The notes: generated from the letters alone by a model not told the origin. A stretch of DNA of 64,000 nt from Ignavibacteria bacterium RIFOXYB12_FULL_35_14 (GCA_001803045.1 MHAR01000090.1:3498-67497); one strand, 5' to 3'. Shown: positions 19,660 to 29,349, counted from the stretch's first letter. Numbers and translations are program-made.

Positions 19660-20097
19660 TTACACAGCAGTCCTTACCCAAGTACTTTTATCCATTTCGT
19701 AAATGAAGCTTAAACGCTCATTTTCACTGGGATATACGATTTCTTTTTTTCCAATATATTTCGCACCTAATTTTTCAATAGCTTTTTGTGAGCGAATATT
19801 CTTAACCCCAATGTGAAAGATTACTTTTTCAACAAACTTAAAAGCATAATTGAGCATCAAGTTTTTCAATGCTCTATTGTAAGTAGTTCCCCAATATTTC
19901 CTAGCGAGAAAAGTATATCCGATTGCAATGGAATTTTTATTTTCATCAAAATCATAGAATCTCGAACTTCCAATCACTTCATCTGACTTTTTCCCCACGA
20001 CAAGAAATGCTCCACCTGATTCAATTGCACCTCTGAAGAATTTTTCGAACACAGGTTTTTCATAACGATTCCTATCGGGATGTTGTTCCCAAATCAA
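19660..20097 (-). CDS. GNAT family N-acetyltransferase (annotated from the TTG; the true start is unresolved, see findings)
   Basis: NIRSQKAIEKLGAKYIG is an acetyl-CoA-binding-type segment. The GNAT-like N-terminal strand ELIKLVPHKAEDCGILYQAASDP is encoded upstream of the TTG, in frame. Confidence 0.75.
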   Translation of the reverse strand: MIWEQHPDRNRYEKPVFEKFFRGAIESGGAFLVVGKKSDEVIGSSRFYDFDENKNSIAIGYTFLARKYWGTTYNRALKNLMLNYAFKFVEKVIFHIGVKNIRSQKAIEKLGAKYIGKKEIVYPSENERLSFIYEMDKSTWVRTAV

Positions 20098-20214
20098 TGG
20101 ATCGGAAGCAGCTTGATAAAGAATTCCACAATCCTCGGCTTTGTGTGGAACTAACTTAATAAGTTCATTTTCAACTATTGGCTGAAGTTCAAAATTAATC
20201 TGGTTATTCGGATT

Positions 20215-20838
20215 CTATTTTTCAAACACGAATGAAATCAGTCTTGGAATTTCATTTTCGGTCTGATTATCAAACCACTCATTTATATCGATGAGCTTAA
20301 GGTCATTTTTCTTTGCAGAGCTAAGATAGTCCGAGAGGTGATGAACATAAACCTCTAATTCTTCAATTCCATTCGCTGTTTCATATCTTGCCTTGCTGCC
20401 GGAATATTGTTTAACTGGATGAAGCTCGGAAATGAAAAACTTACCGCCTGTTTTTAATTTTTGATAGGCTTGATTGAATATGAAATCTAAATTCTTTATA
20501 TGTTCTAATGTTAAATTACATGTAATTAAGTCGGCAAAATTATTATCTATTTCCCATGTCTTTGTTAAGTCGGCTCTTTGAAATCGTACTTTATCGGTTT
20601 TGGTTTTATTCCTTGCCTTGTTTAACATTTCTTCGGAGAAGTCGAGTCCAATAATAAATTTTGCCTTTGTAATCAGCCACTCAGTATTTTTGCCGGTGCC
20701 GCAGCCCAACTCCAAAACGTTTTTAAAATCATACTTAGATAAGGTTTCAGTCGTAACTTTTCGATCTAAGTCACGAGTTTTATTTTCATTCGTGTCATAT
20801 TGTTCTGCCCAAGAATTGTAAGATTTTTCAATGCCCAT
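20215..20838 (-). CDS. class I SAM-dependent methyltransferase
   Basis: Motif I VLELGCGTGKNT, motif post-I GLDFSEEML, about 200 aa. Confidence 0.8.
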   Translation of the reverse strand: MGIEKSYNSWAEQYDTNENKTRDLDRKVTTETLSKYDFKNVLELGCGTGKNTEWLITKAKFIIGLDFSEEMLNKARNKTKTDKVRFQRADLTKTWEIDNNFADLITCNLTLEHIKNLDFIFNQAYQKLKTGGKFFISELHPVKQYSGSKARYETANGIEELEVYVHHLSDYLSSAKKNDLKLIDINEWFDNQTENEIPRLISFVFEK

Positions 20839-21048
20839 TATCAGGTTTTCAGATAAAAATAAAAATGTGGTTTTTCAATTTTGTATTTACTAGCTCACCT
20901 TTCGCGTGTGGGTTTAAAACCTCCGAGGTTTTGTAATTAGTATATTCTTAAAGTTACCTTTTGGCTCTTAATTGAAAATATTTTCATAAAACCATTCATT
21001 GAAACCTCGGGGGTTTGTCATTTTGCGTAATGTGAGTCACTTAGTTCT

Positions 21049-21567
21049 TTAGGATGTTTCCAGCAGCAAATCGCTGTATGAATTCGAAATCAAATCTTCT
21101 TGCCTAATCTTAAAAAGATTTAGGTAATAATTGCATTGTTCAATAAGTTTTTCTTTTCCTATGCTTCCATCGGAATCTATTGCTTCAATTTCTACGAATG
21201 TTCCCAAATCTTGAATTAAATCTATATGAAATTTAACATTATCAATGAAATATATCTCCCGTGATTTATCTACCACAATCAAAACTCCAAAAGCTTTGGT
21301 TAAGATTTCTTTTAGCGAAGATTTATCTGCCGGCTTGTAAAACGTTACGTTCGATTGCTTAGGTCCCTCTCTATTTTCTCTTTGATAGTGAATCAGAGAA
21401 TTTTCAATATTTCCTTCTCTCAGTTTTAATCTTCCCGAATTAACATTAAAGTAGGTATCAATTTGATGATCAACTCCTTTGAATTCTGCTCTATGTGCCT
21501 TGAGAATTTCTCTAATCAAATCTTGTTTATTTGACCTTGCTTTAATTTCGATGTTTAGCTGTGTCAT
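21049..21567 (-). CDS. CYTH domain protein / class IV adenylate cyclase-like
   Basis: The EIKAR start of the CYTH fold (LNIEIKA), then QIDTYF, GRLKLRE and FVEIEA motifs. The start is set at the internal ATG 21567 (MTQLNIEIK); the upstream extension is hydrophobic and looks spurious. Confidence 0.75.
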   Translation of the reverse strand: MTQLNIEIKARSNKQDLIREILKAHRAEFKGVDHQIDTYFNVNSGRLKLREGNIENSLIHYQRENREGPKQSNVTFYKPADKSSLKEILTKAFGVLIVVDKSREIYFIDNVKFHIDLIQDLGTFVEIEAIDSDGSIGKEKLIEQCNYYLNLFKIRQEDLISNSYSDLLLETS

Positions 21568-21797
21568 AAAGCCCAACTTTCTTAGAAATAAAATAATCAA
21601 AGGATTACATAATGAACTAGAAACAACAGTAAAATTGTTCATTTTAACTCAAAATCAAAACCTTAAAAGATTTTTTTACAAATGGAACTAGTGCATAATA
21701 ACATATGTTGCAACATTAGAAGTTATAACATATATTTGTCACGTCAACAAATTATAATTAACTAATAAAAATCAAAAACAAAATAAAGGAGCGTAAA

Positions 21798-22385
21798 ATG
21801 CGCAATCTTAAATTTCTTGCAGTCATGTTGGTTCTAGTATCAACATCATTATTTTCACAAACAACCTGGATAGTAGACAAATCTCACTCCAAAGTTGGTT
21901 TCAGTGTTACCTATTTAGTCATTTCCGATGTAGATGGTTTCTTTAAGGATTACGATGCAACAATTACTACAAGGGGCGATGATCTTACTACTGCTAATAT
22001 TGATTTCACAATAAATACGAGCAGTATTTTCACAGATAACGACAAGAGAGATAATCATCTTCGTTCGGATGACTTCTTCAATGCAGAAAAGTATCCTCAA
22101 ATGGTATTCAAGGGCAAGTCCATGAAGAAAGTTGATGATAAAAATTATAAGCTCATTGGCGATTTTACTATCCGCGATGTAACAAAGCAAATTGAGCTTG
22201 ATGTTAAGTATAATGGAACTGTAAAAGATCCATGGGGGAACACAAAAGCCGGATTTAAAGTTACCGGAGAAATCGATAGGTTCGATTATAATTTGAAGTG
22301 GGATAAAGCCATAGAAGCCGGTTCGCTTGTAGTTGGCAAAGAAGTTGAGCTCGTAATTGATTTACAACTTGTTAAAAAATCGTAA
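21798..22385 (+). CDS. YceI family periplasmic protein
   Basis: Signal peptide, then W.VDKSHSKVGFSV and the typical YceI C-terminal half. Confidence 0.85.
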   Translation: MRNLKFLAVMLVLVSTSLFSQTTWIVDKSHSKVGFSVTYLVISDVDGFFKDYDATITTRGDDLTTANIDFTINTSSIFTDNDKRDNHLRSDDFFNAEKYPQMVFKGKSMKKVDDKNYKLIGDFTIRDVTKQIELDVKYNGTVKDPWGNTKAGFKVTGEIDRFDYNLKWDKAIEAGSLVVGKEVELVIDLQLVKKS

Positions 22386-22835
22386 ATGAAGCTGGAAGAA
22401 GAAATAAAGCAAAAAACATTTAGGAATGAATATCACAAGCTGGCAGTGAATATACTTTATACTCACGGCTGGCTTATTAATCACCATGCAGCATTCTTAA
22501 AAAAATGTGGAATTACTGCCGCACAATATAATATTCTAAGAATACTCCGCGGGCAATATCCGAATCCTGCATCTGTAAATCTTCTTAAGGAAAGAATGCT
22601 CGATAAAATGTCTGATGCATCACGACTCGTTGAAAGATTAAAACAAAAAGAGTTGGTCGATAGGGAAATTTGTCCTGAAGACAGAAGAAGGGTTGAGGTG
22701 GTGATTACAAAGAAAGGTCTGAAACTGTTGAAAGACATCGATAAGCTTGATGATGAGGCGGATCAAATATTTAATAAATTAAGTGCGAGCGAAGCCAAGA
22801 CTTTAAATGACCTGCTCGATAAAATGCGAGGATAG
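22386..22835 (+). CDS. MarR family transcriptional regulator
   Basis: Winged-helix segment ITAAQYNILRIL...ASRLVERLKQKELVDR...DRRRVEV. It starts immediately after the yceI-like stop. Confidence 0.85.
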   Translation: MKLEEEIKQKTFRNEYHKLAVNILYTHGWLINHHAAFLKKCGITAAQYNILRILRGQYPNPASVNLLKERMLDKMSDASRLVERLKQKELVDREICPEDRRRVEVVITKKGLKLLKDIDKLDDEADQIFNKLSASEAKTLNDLLDKMRG

Positions 22836-22846
22836 GAAAAAACCAA

Positions 22847-23806
22847 ATGGAAAATGCAATTAACGGAATACATCATATTACAGTTATGGCGAGTGATCCG
22901 CAAAATAATTATGATTTTTACGCTCAAATACTTGGAATGCGATTCATTAAAAAGACAGTGAACTTTGACGCACCCGATGTTTATCATTTGTACTATGCCG
23001 ATGAAGTTGGAACTCCAGGAACAGTTCTCACTTTTTTCCCTTTCCCGGATGCAAGAAGAGGTAAGCGAGGAGCCGGTGAAATAACTGTAGTTTCATTTAG
23101 CGCACCCTCAAATTCATTACAGTATTGGATGGAAAGATTTGCGAATCTTGGAATAGACTTCGATGGACCTAAAAGCAAATTCGGGTATGAATTTATAAGT
23201 CTTCTCGATCCCGATGGAATGAAAATAGAAATTGTTGCCGATCCGAATGTTGATTCAACTATGGGGTGGTTTAACGGCGAAATACCCGCCGAACATTCAA
23301 TCAGAAAGTTTTTTGGTACAACATTTTATTTGAGAGACTCAAAGCCAACGGAAGATTTGTCATTGGGAACCTTGGGAGCTAAGCTTATTTCCACCAGCGG
23401 TAACATTAGGAGATATTCCTTGGGAGAAAATGAAAGTCAATCATTTGTTGATATAATTGAAGATGCAAAGGCTCCAAGAGCTGTTGGAGGTGCAGGAACA
23501 GTTCATCACATCGCCTGGCGAACGGCAAATGACGAGGAACAGCTTAACTGGAGAAAAAGAATTTTAGACCACGGATTTTACCCAACTGAAGTTGTTGATA
23601 GAAATTATTTCCACTCAATTTATTTCCGTGAACCCGGAGGAATTCTATTCGAAATTGCAACCGACCAACCGGGGTTTATGATTGATGAAAGTTTTGAAAA
23701 TCTCGGAACAACTCTGAAACTTCCAGCATGGCATGAACCCAAAAGAAAATTAATTGAGCAAATATTATTACCGCTTAAAACCAAAAACTATGTAAGACAA
23801 AATTAG
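22847..23806 (+). CDS. VOC-family ring-cleaving dioxygenase (MhqO/MhqA-like)
   Basis: Two glyoxalase/VOC modules, IHHITVMASDPQ...FY..LGMRF and VHHIAWRT...YFREPGGILFE. Confidence 0.8.
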   Translation: MENAINGIHHITVMASDPQNNYDFYAQILGMRFIKKTVNFDAPDVYHLYYADEVGTPGTVLTFFPFPDARRGKRGAGEITVVSFSAPSNSLQYWMERFANLGIDFDGPKSKFGYEFISLLDPDGMKIEIVADPNVDSTMGWFNGEIPAEHSIRKFFGTTFYLRDSKPTEDLSLGTLGAKLISTSGNIRRYSLGENESQSFVDIIEDAKAPRAVGGAGTVHHIAWRTANDEEQLNWRKRILDHGFYPTEVVDRNYFHSIYFREPGGILFEIATDQPGFMIDESFENLGTTLKLPAWHEPKRKLIEQILLPLKTKNYVRQN

Positions 23807-23813
23807 GTCGATA

Positions 23814-24506
23814 ATGAATACGCTTGATTTAAATAGTATTTCAAAAAATTATAAAGATGTAACAGGTCCGCATCAAAATCAGCACATTGTTCATTACGGA
23901 ACTATACTCGACGAGGCAAAAGCAGCAATGATTATGATACATGGAAGAGGTGCTTCAGCTCATGATATTTTATCGCTTGCTTATGAAATTGACCTGCCTG
24001 ATATCGCATACATAGCACCGCAGGCAAAAAATAACAGCTGGTATCCCCTCAGCTTTCTCACTTCAATTGAACAGAATGAACCCGGACTTACATCGGGTTT
24101 GGCGGTTATTGATTCTATTGTTGAGATGGTTTTACAAAAAGGATTTACAACCGAACAAATTTATCTGCTCGGATTTTCTCAAGGAGCTTGCTTGAGTTTG
24201 GAATATGTTGCACGTAATCCCCAAAAATTTGGCGGAGTTTTTGGTTTAAGCGGCGGATTGATTGGTGATAAAGTAGTGCCCCAAAACTATTTCGGTAATC
24301 TGCAAGGGACAGAAGTTTTTCTTGGCTGCAGTGATGTTGATCCGCACATTCCGCTGAAACGTGTTGATGAAACAGAGGAAGTTTTTATAAAACTTGGAGC
24401 AAATGTTACAAAGAGAATTTATAAAGGAATGGCTCACACAATAAATCAGGATGAGATTGATTTTGTAATTGCGCTGATGAAAGCACGAGTGTCTGATTAC
24501 TCATGA
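23814..24506 (+). CDS. phospholipase/carboxylesterase family hydrolase (MhqD-like)
   Basis: MIHGRGAS, nucleophile elbow GFSQGA, and a C-terminal D...H pair. Confidence 0.75.
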   Translation: MNTLDLNSISKNYKDVTGPHQNQHIVHYGTILDEAKAAMIMIHGRGASAHDILSLAYEIDLPDIAYIAPQAKNNSWYPLSFLTSIEQNEPGLTSGLAVIDSIVEMVLQKGFTTEQIYLLGFSQGACLSLEYVARNPQKFGGVFGLSGGLIGDKVVPQNYFGNLQGTEVFLGCSDVDPHIPLKRVDETEEVFIKLGANVTKRIYKGMAHTINQDEIDFVIALMKARVSDYS

Positions 24507-25180
24507 TTTATCGACCTATCAAATGCAGTAATGTACTGCGAAATGTACGAGTCAATTTTCTTCTTTCTGTACTGCATAATGAATCGTGGGTGATCTAATG
24601 TTTCAATTTTATCAAACAGCATAAGTTCATCATTCAAGATTTTTAAATATTCCGCATTCTTTTTTCCAAGGCAGATAACAATTCTTCGGTCAGCTCCAAA
24701 TTCTATTTGTTTCTTCAACGAAGTTTTTAGATGAGGTTTAATAGATGAAAATAATTTTTTGTCGTCGTAGTAATTGTAGTTCTTTCCATCTTTAATTAAT
24801 GCAAGCGGATATATTGCTGATAGAAAGAAGTATGAGAAGAATTTCTTCACTCCGCCAAAGTGATTGATTACCTCGTAAACAAATTTACTGGATAGCTCTG
24901 CTTTGTTTCCGAGTTGGTTATCAATCCCGCAATGTTTTCTAAGTGCAACAGGATCGGTAAAAGATACTCCTGTTAATCCACCACCAAATCTTCCCGGGTT
25001 TATTCCTAAGACGAAAATTCTTTTTCGTTCATCATCATAAAATATTTGGTAGAATTCCTTTACGGCAGATTTAACACTTTCATTTTCATAGGGATTTAAG
25101 ATTTGCACTCCAGATGGAAGTTGAGCTGGTGCCTTTAATTTTGTGAAATATTTTATTGCTGTATCTGCGAAAGTGGGCAT
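24497..25180 (-). CDS. uracil-DNA glycosylase superfamily protein (MUG/SMUG-like motifs)
   Basis: GINPGRFGGGLTGVSFTDP is a motif A-like sequence (GINPG); the C-terminal LDHPRF is a motif B-like sequence. Confidence 0.5.
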   Translation of the reverse strand: MPTFADTAIKYFTKLKAPAQLPSGVQILNPYENESVKSAVKEFYQIFYDDERKRIFVLGINPGRFGGGLTGVSFTDPVALRKHCGIDNQLGNKAELSSKFVYEVINHFGGVKKFFSYFFLSAIYPLALIKDGKNYNYYDDKKLFSSIKPHLKTSLKKQIEFGADRRIVICLGKKNAEYLKILNDELMLFDKIETLDHPRFIMQYRKKKIDSYISQYITAFDRSINHE

Positions 25181-25396
25181 AAACGAAATTAATAATTATT
25201 ATAAACAAGTAAATAATTTTCCGGGTTGGGGTAATGCAATCATAACAACCTTTTAATTTTTGCTTTACGAAAATATTAGTTTTAATTTTAGAAAGGAAAA
25301 ATCTAGATTCAAAAAATTTAACCTTATGAGATAGCACTATTTTTAGTGTTACCCCACTTAATTATGGAACTTATTTCATAATGGAGGAGATTTTGT

Positions 25397-26710
25397 ATGG
25401 CAAAATTTTGCAGTAATTGTGGTAACGAATTACGTGAAGAACATAAATTTTGTGATAAGTGCGGGGCTAAGGTTTCAGCTAGATCCGAGTTTAATAAAAC
25501 TTTTGAGGAGCGGATAAATGCTGATGAGTTGAATAAAATACAAGACTTGAGTACTCACACAAAAGAGAAAGAAGAGTTTCATTCAACTCAAGAAAATTTG
25601 TATGAAAAAGGGATGGATATAATAATCTCCAGTTCAATTTTATATTCCACACCATTTTTGATGGCGGGGAAACAGATATTAGAACAATTTGAAATCCTAA
25701 ACGAAAAAACTGCTGAAAATCTATCTTCTCATCTCATTAAAAATATTCCTTTAGAAGAATTCCTTTCTGATTTTTATAAATACTCAAATGCGTTTGTCGA
25801 GAGAGTCGCTCAATATTTTTCTGATACCATTCGGAAGAATACGCAAAGGGGAGATGTTAAAGCAAAAACTTCGGAAAGTATTTCAGAAGAAATTAGAAAA
25901 GAATCCTTTAAGAAGTTCGATGAGGTTTTATCAAAATATACTATTACCATGAAAGATCTTGGTGTCCAATTAGAAAGTGTCTCTTCTATTAAATCTGCTG
26001 TACAAGGAACTTTAATGGGAGGTGGTTTGCAGCTTATGGGTAGTAGAGGAAAATCCAGTGGTGCAGGGATGCTTGCAGGTGCTTTAATCGGTGCTGCTCT
26101 TGCAGAAACCGAAAGAATTCAACTTCGAGAGTCGTTGTTGAAAACTGCTTTCGATGGTATAAAAGAAACAGTTGAAACATTACCTAATTGCAATCAGAAA
26201 CTTATGGATCAGTATTGTTCTTATATTTACGGTAGTAATATAGATTTTGAAAAGCGTGATTATCAAATAGAACGGGGGAAAAAAATACTACTCGATATAA
26301 AAAATAATTGTACAGATATTTTAGGTAACATAGTTACTGGAAATTCTTTTTGGCATTTTGCAATAGCAAGAATTAATGAAGTTCAAAAAGGTGTTAAAAT
26401 TGAAAAATTCTATGGATGGGGCTGTTTAGTAAATGTCATAATTGGTATCATTATTTTCAGTATTATTGGTGATTATTCATATCAAGAAAAGCAGTCTGCC
26501 TATAACATTATAACACCGCTGCTTCTTTTTACGGTTTTAATTGCGCCAATTTTAGTGTATCTCTTTTATAACTTATTCGTTAAAAAGAAAAGAACTAATA
26601 AACAAAAAGAAGTAATTCTTAAAGAAATAAGAGCTAAAAAAGCTGAGTTCATACAACTAGAAAATTCTGTTAACTCAATTATGGGTTATAAAGATAAAAT
26701 AAACTTATAG
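25397..26710 (+). CDS. zinc-ribbon membrane protein, unknown function
   Basis: N-terminal CSNCG...CDKCG ribbon, glycine-zipper stretch GGGLQLMGSRGKSSGAGMLAGALIGAALA, two C-terminal TM helices and a basic tail. Confidence 0.5.
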   Translation: MAKFCSNCGNELREEHKFCDKCGAKVSARSEFNKTFEERINADELNKIQDLSTHTKEKEEFHSTQENLYEKGMDIIISSSILYSTPFLMAGKQILEQFEILNEKTAENLSSHLIKNIPLEEFLSDFYKYSNAFVERVAQYFSDTIRKNTQRGDVKAKTSESISEEIRKESFKKFDEVLSKYTITMKDLGVQLESVSSIKSAVQGTLMGGGLQLMGSRGKSSGAGMLAGALIGAALAETERIQLRESLLKTAFDGIKETVETLPNCNQKLMDQYCSYIYGSNIDFEKRDYQIERGKKILLDIKNNCTDILGNIVTGNSFWHFAIARINEVQKGVKIEKFYGWGCLVNVIIGIIIFSIIGDYSYQEKQSAYNIITPLLLFTVLIAPILVYLFYNLFVKKKRTNKQKEVILKEIRAKKAEFIQLENSVNSIMGYKDKINL

Positions 26711-26751
26711 TTCAATAATTAAAAATTTCAAATAAATCATTGGAGTTTGTC

Positions 26752-27492
26752 ATGCAACCATTTAACAAAAACATTCTAATTAATTTTATTGAGAAATTCT
26801 ATGGATATGGTAATTACAAATCTCCAATATGGTTTGTTGGAATGGAACCGGGTGCACCAAAGGAAAGAAAAAAGATTAAAAAATTTTTTGATGTTTGGAA
26901 AGACAGAGGTGAACTGGAAACTGATAATGTTAGGGAATCACATCTCGAAATAGGCATAAAACATTATACTGAACTTTTTAGTGATAATCCAAAATATCAA
27001 CGTACTTGGGGAAGTTTAATAAAAATATTATTCTATGCAAATGGTAAAAGTAATTTTACAATCGATGACATTAAGGATTATCAGAAAGATAAATTAGGAC
27101 AAAAGAATTCAGATCATTGCTTGATAGAACTTTTACCACTGCCTTCATACAGTACAACGACATGGCAATATTCAAATACTGGGATTAAAGAGTTAAAGGA
27201 TAGAGATACGTACGAATCATATTATATACCAAGAAGAATAATTGGTTTAAGAAATCGTATCAAAACACATGTTCCTAGAGTAGTCATATTTTATAGTTTG
27301 AAATACAAGATGCATTGGGAAAGATTAGTAGACAAAGGATTTATACTTTATGATGAAATTGATAATAGGAAAATTTGGTACGCGGAATTAGGTAAGACAT
27401 TGTATTTAATAATTGCACAACCCTCTCAAGGTGTTAGCAATAAATATTTGTATGAAGTTAGTGAACTAGTTAAAAAGCATCTAAATAAATAG
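26752..27492 (+). CDS. hypothetical protein (weak UDG-superfamily-like motifs)
   Basis: The ATG at 26752 has GGAG 7 nt upstream; the track start at 26740 is a TTG. The motifs FVGMEPG and ELLPLPS are only suggestive. Confidence 0.45.
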   Translation: MQPFNKNILINFIEKFYGYGNYKSPIWFVGMEPGAPKERKKIKKFFDVWKDRGELETDNVRESHLEIGIKHYTELFSDNPKYQRTWGSLIKILFYANGKSNFTIDDIKDYQKDKLGQKNSDHCLIELLPLPSYSTTTWQYSNTGIKELKDRDTYESYYIPRRIIGLRNRIKTHVPRVVIFYSLKYKMHWERLVDKGFILYDEIDNRKIWYAELGKTLYLIIAQPSQGVSNKYLYEVSELVKKHLNK

Positions 27493-27495
27493 AAT

Positions 27496-27840
27496 TCATC
27501 TGATGCGCCCATTCCATTCGTGAGATACCTTCCAACCGGCTTGGTTTTTATATTTTACGAAATGAACTTTTAAGTCTGCCTCATTGGGATACTTAACAAA
27601 AATAATCTTCACATCAGCTTGATTGGGATATTTAACGTAGTGCCAGATTTCGTCTTTATTTTTTGCTTCACTAGAGTACTTGGCAACATAAACTAATAAA
27701 TCTGCTTGATTTGAATAATCCGTAACATACATTTTCAGATCAGCTTGACTTTTATTATGTACTACATGAATTTCCCCAGCATTCAACTCAAAAATAAAAA
27801 CAACAAATAAGATTATGGTATGTAATAAGCTTCTATACAA
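27496..27840 (-). CDS. secreted small protein built of ~13-aa (N/S)QADLKVYFVKY-type repeats
   Basis: Signal-like N-terminus, then five repeats: SQADLKMYVTDY, NQADLLVYVAKY, NQADVKIIFVKY, NEADLKVHFVKY and NQAGWKV. Confidence 0.5.
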   Translation of the reverse strand: MYRSLLHTIILFVVFIFELNAGEIHVVHNKSQADLKMYVTDYSNQADLLVYVAKYSSEAKNKDEIWHYVKYPNQADVKIIFVKYPNEADLKVHFVKYKNQAGWKVSHEWNGRIR

Positions 27841-27950
27841 TTTTACGACTAAACCGTTCTCGAATATCTCGCTTTATTTTCTTTTCTCTCGATATAACCG
27901 TCAAGACTCATGGCAATGTTGCGGATTAATCATCTGCCCACTGGGCTTAT

Positions 27951-28400
27951 TTATCGTTTATGTAATTCATTCTGATGTCTAATTCCTTTATTCTGTTCTG
28001 AAATTGGACTTTGTAAAAAAACACTTCCAAGATATTTTTCATTTTTTCGAATTATATATTCATCTCCACCTTTACTTTTAGATTCTTTCGTCTTACTTAT
28101 GGTAATGTAACTCCAAGGAATCATGACCGGTTTATAAAATTTTATTGGCTCATACTTTAAATTATATTGAAGATATAAACCAAAATTTGTTATACCTAGT
28201 TTTAGGAGCTTATTACCCAATGGATAACTTTTAGGAGAATAACGAAATTCAGACCAAAATCCATAAATTGGTTTTAATTCTAGTCTTTTCTCAGATTCAA
28301 AATCTTCCGCAAATTTTTCCCAACGAGTCAATTTAAATCTTATGTACTGAATGACCACAACAGCAGGGAAAAGCAAAAGTAGAAACAGTATCTTTTCCAT
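27951..28400 (-). CDS. hypothetical membrane-anchored protein
   Basis: One N-terminal TM helix. No motif recognised. Confidence 0.4.
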   Translation of the reverse strand: MEKILFLLLLFPAVVVIQYIRFKLTRWEKFAEDFESEKRLELKPIYGFWSEFRYSPKSYPLGNKLLKLGITNFGLYLQYNLKYEPIKFYKPVMIPWSYITISKTKESKSKGGDEYIIRKNEKYLGSVFLQSPISEQNKGIRHQNELHKR

Positions 28401-28469
28401 ATTTGTCCATTAAATACTAATTCTTTGACAAACTCTTAATTCGCAACAGTTCAAAAAGAGCGAAAGTTT

Positions 28470-29339
28470 TTAATTCCCACCCAGTATCAACGGCAAACCA
28501 TCTTTTCCCGATCCTATAACGATAACCTTTGTATTTGGAGAATTTGCTAACTTTTCTGTCGCTTCAATACCTTTCCATTTCAGCAGCTGGTCGCTTATGC
28601 CTTTTGCAACAATATTCTGGAAATCGGAAATTCCTTTTGCTTCAATTCTCTTTCTGTCTGCTTCCTGTGCTTCTTTTAGCAGTATGAATGCCATTCTCTG
28701 GCTCTCCTGTTCGGCTTGTAATTTCTCCTCGATGGATTTTGTTAAGCGGTCTGGAAGTTTAATTTGTCTTAAAGGAGCCTGCTCTACAGTTATGCCTCTT
28801 GGACCAACTAATTTTTCTAATTCGCTTAAGATCTCTTCGGCTAACTTTTCACGGGAAGCGGTGTAAAGAGCTTTTGCTTCGTAACGCGCTGTTACACCTC
28901 TTACAACAGAACGAAACTGCGGGACTAAAATAATATCGACATAATTTGGCCCCACGGTTTTATAAATTTGATTTGCCATCTCAGAATTCAACCTGAAAAG
29001 CAAGCTTATTTCCAGATCAACGCTTAATCCTTCTTTAGATGGAACTGACATCAATTCTCTCATTTCCTGTGTTTTGATACTCATCTTCTCAATGTTTGCC
29101 ATGGGATTGACCAGGTTAACTCCGGGTTTCAAAGTCTCATCGCTAACATTTCCCAGAAAATCTATAACGCCAGTATGCCCCGCAGGAATTATAGTCCAGC
29201 ATTGCACTAAGACAATGAATGCTGCCACAGCTAAAGCAACTAACGCTAATGAAGACTCTTGTTTATTTGCCCTCCTCTTAGCATTAAAATAAACTATGCT
29301 TGCAGCAACAACAGCGAGTATAGCAATTATAAATAACAT
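28470..29339 (-). CDS. SPFH/band-7 (prohibitin-like) protein
   Basis: N-terminal TM helix, SPFH core (IIPAGHTGV...VDLEISLLFRL) and a C-terminal coiled-coil EAQEADRKRIEAKG. Confidence 0.85.
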   Translation of the reverse strand: MLFIIAILAVVAASIVYFNAKRRANKQESSLALVALAVAAFIVLVQCWTIIPAGHTGVIDFLGNVSDETLKPGVNLVNPMANIEKMSIKTQEMRELMSVPSKEGLSVDLEISLLFRLNSEMANQIYKTVGPNYVDIILVPQFRSVVRGVTARYEAKALYTASREKLAEEILSELEKLVGPRGITVEQAPLRQIKLPDRLTKSIEEKLQAEQESQRMAFILLKEAQEADRKRIEAKGISDFQNIVAKGISDQLLKWKGIEATEKLANSPNTKVIVIGSGKDGLPLILGGN

Positions 29340-29349
29340 TTTTTACCTC

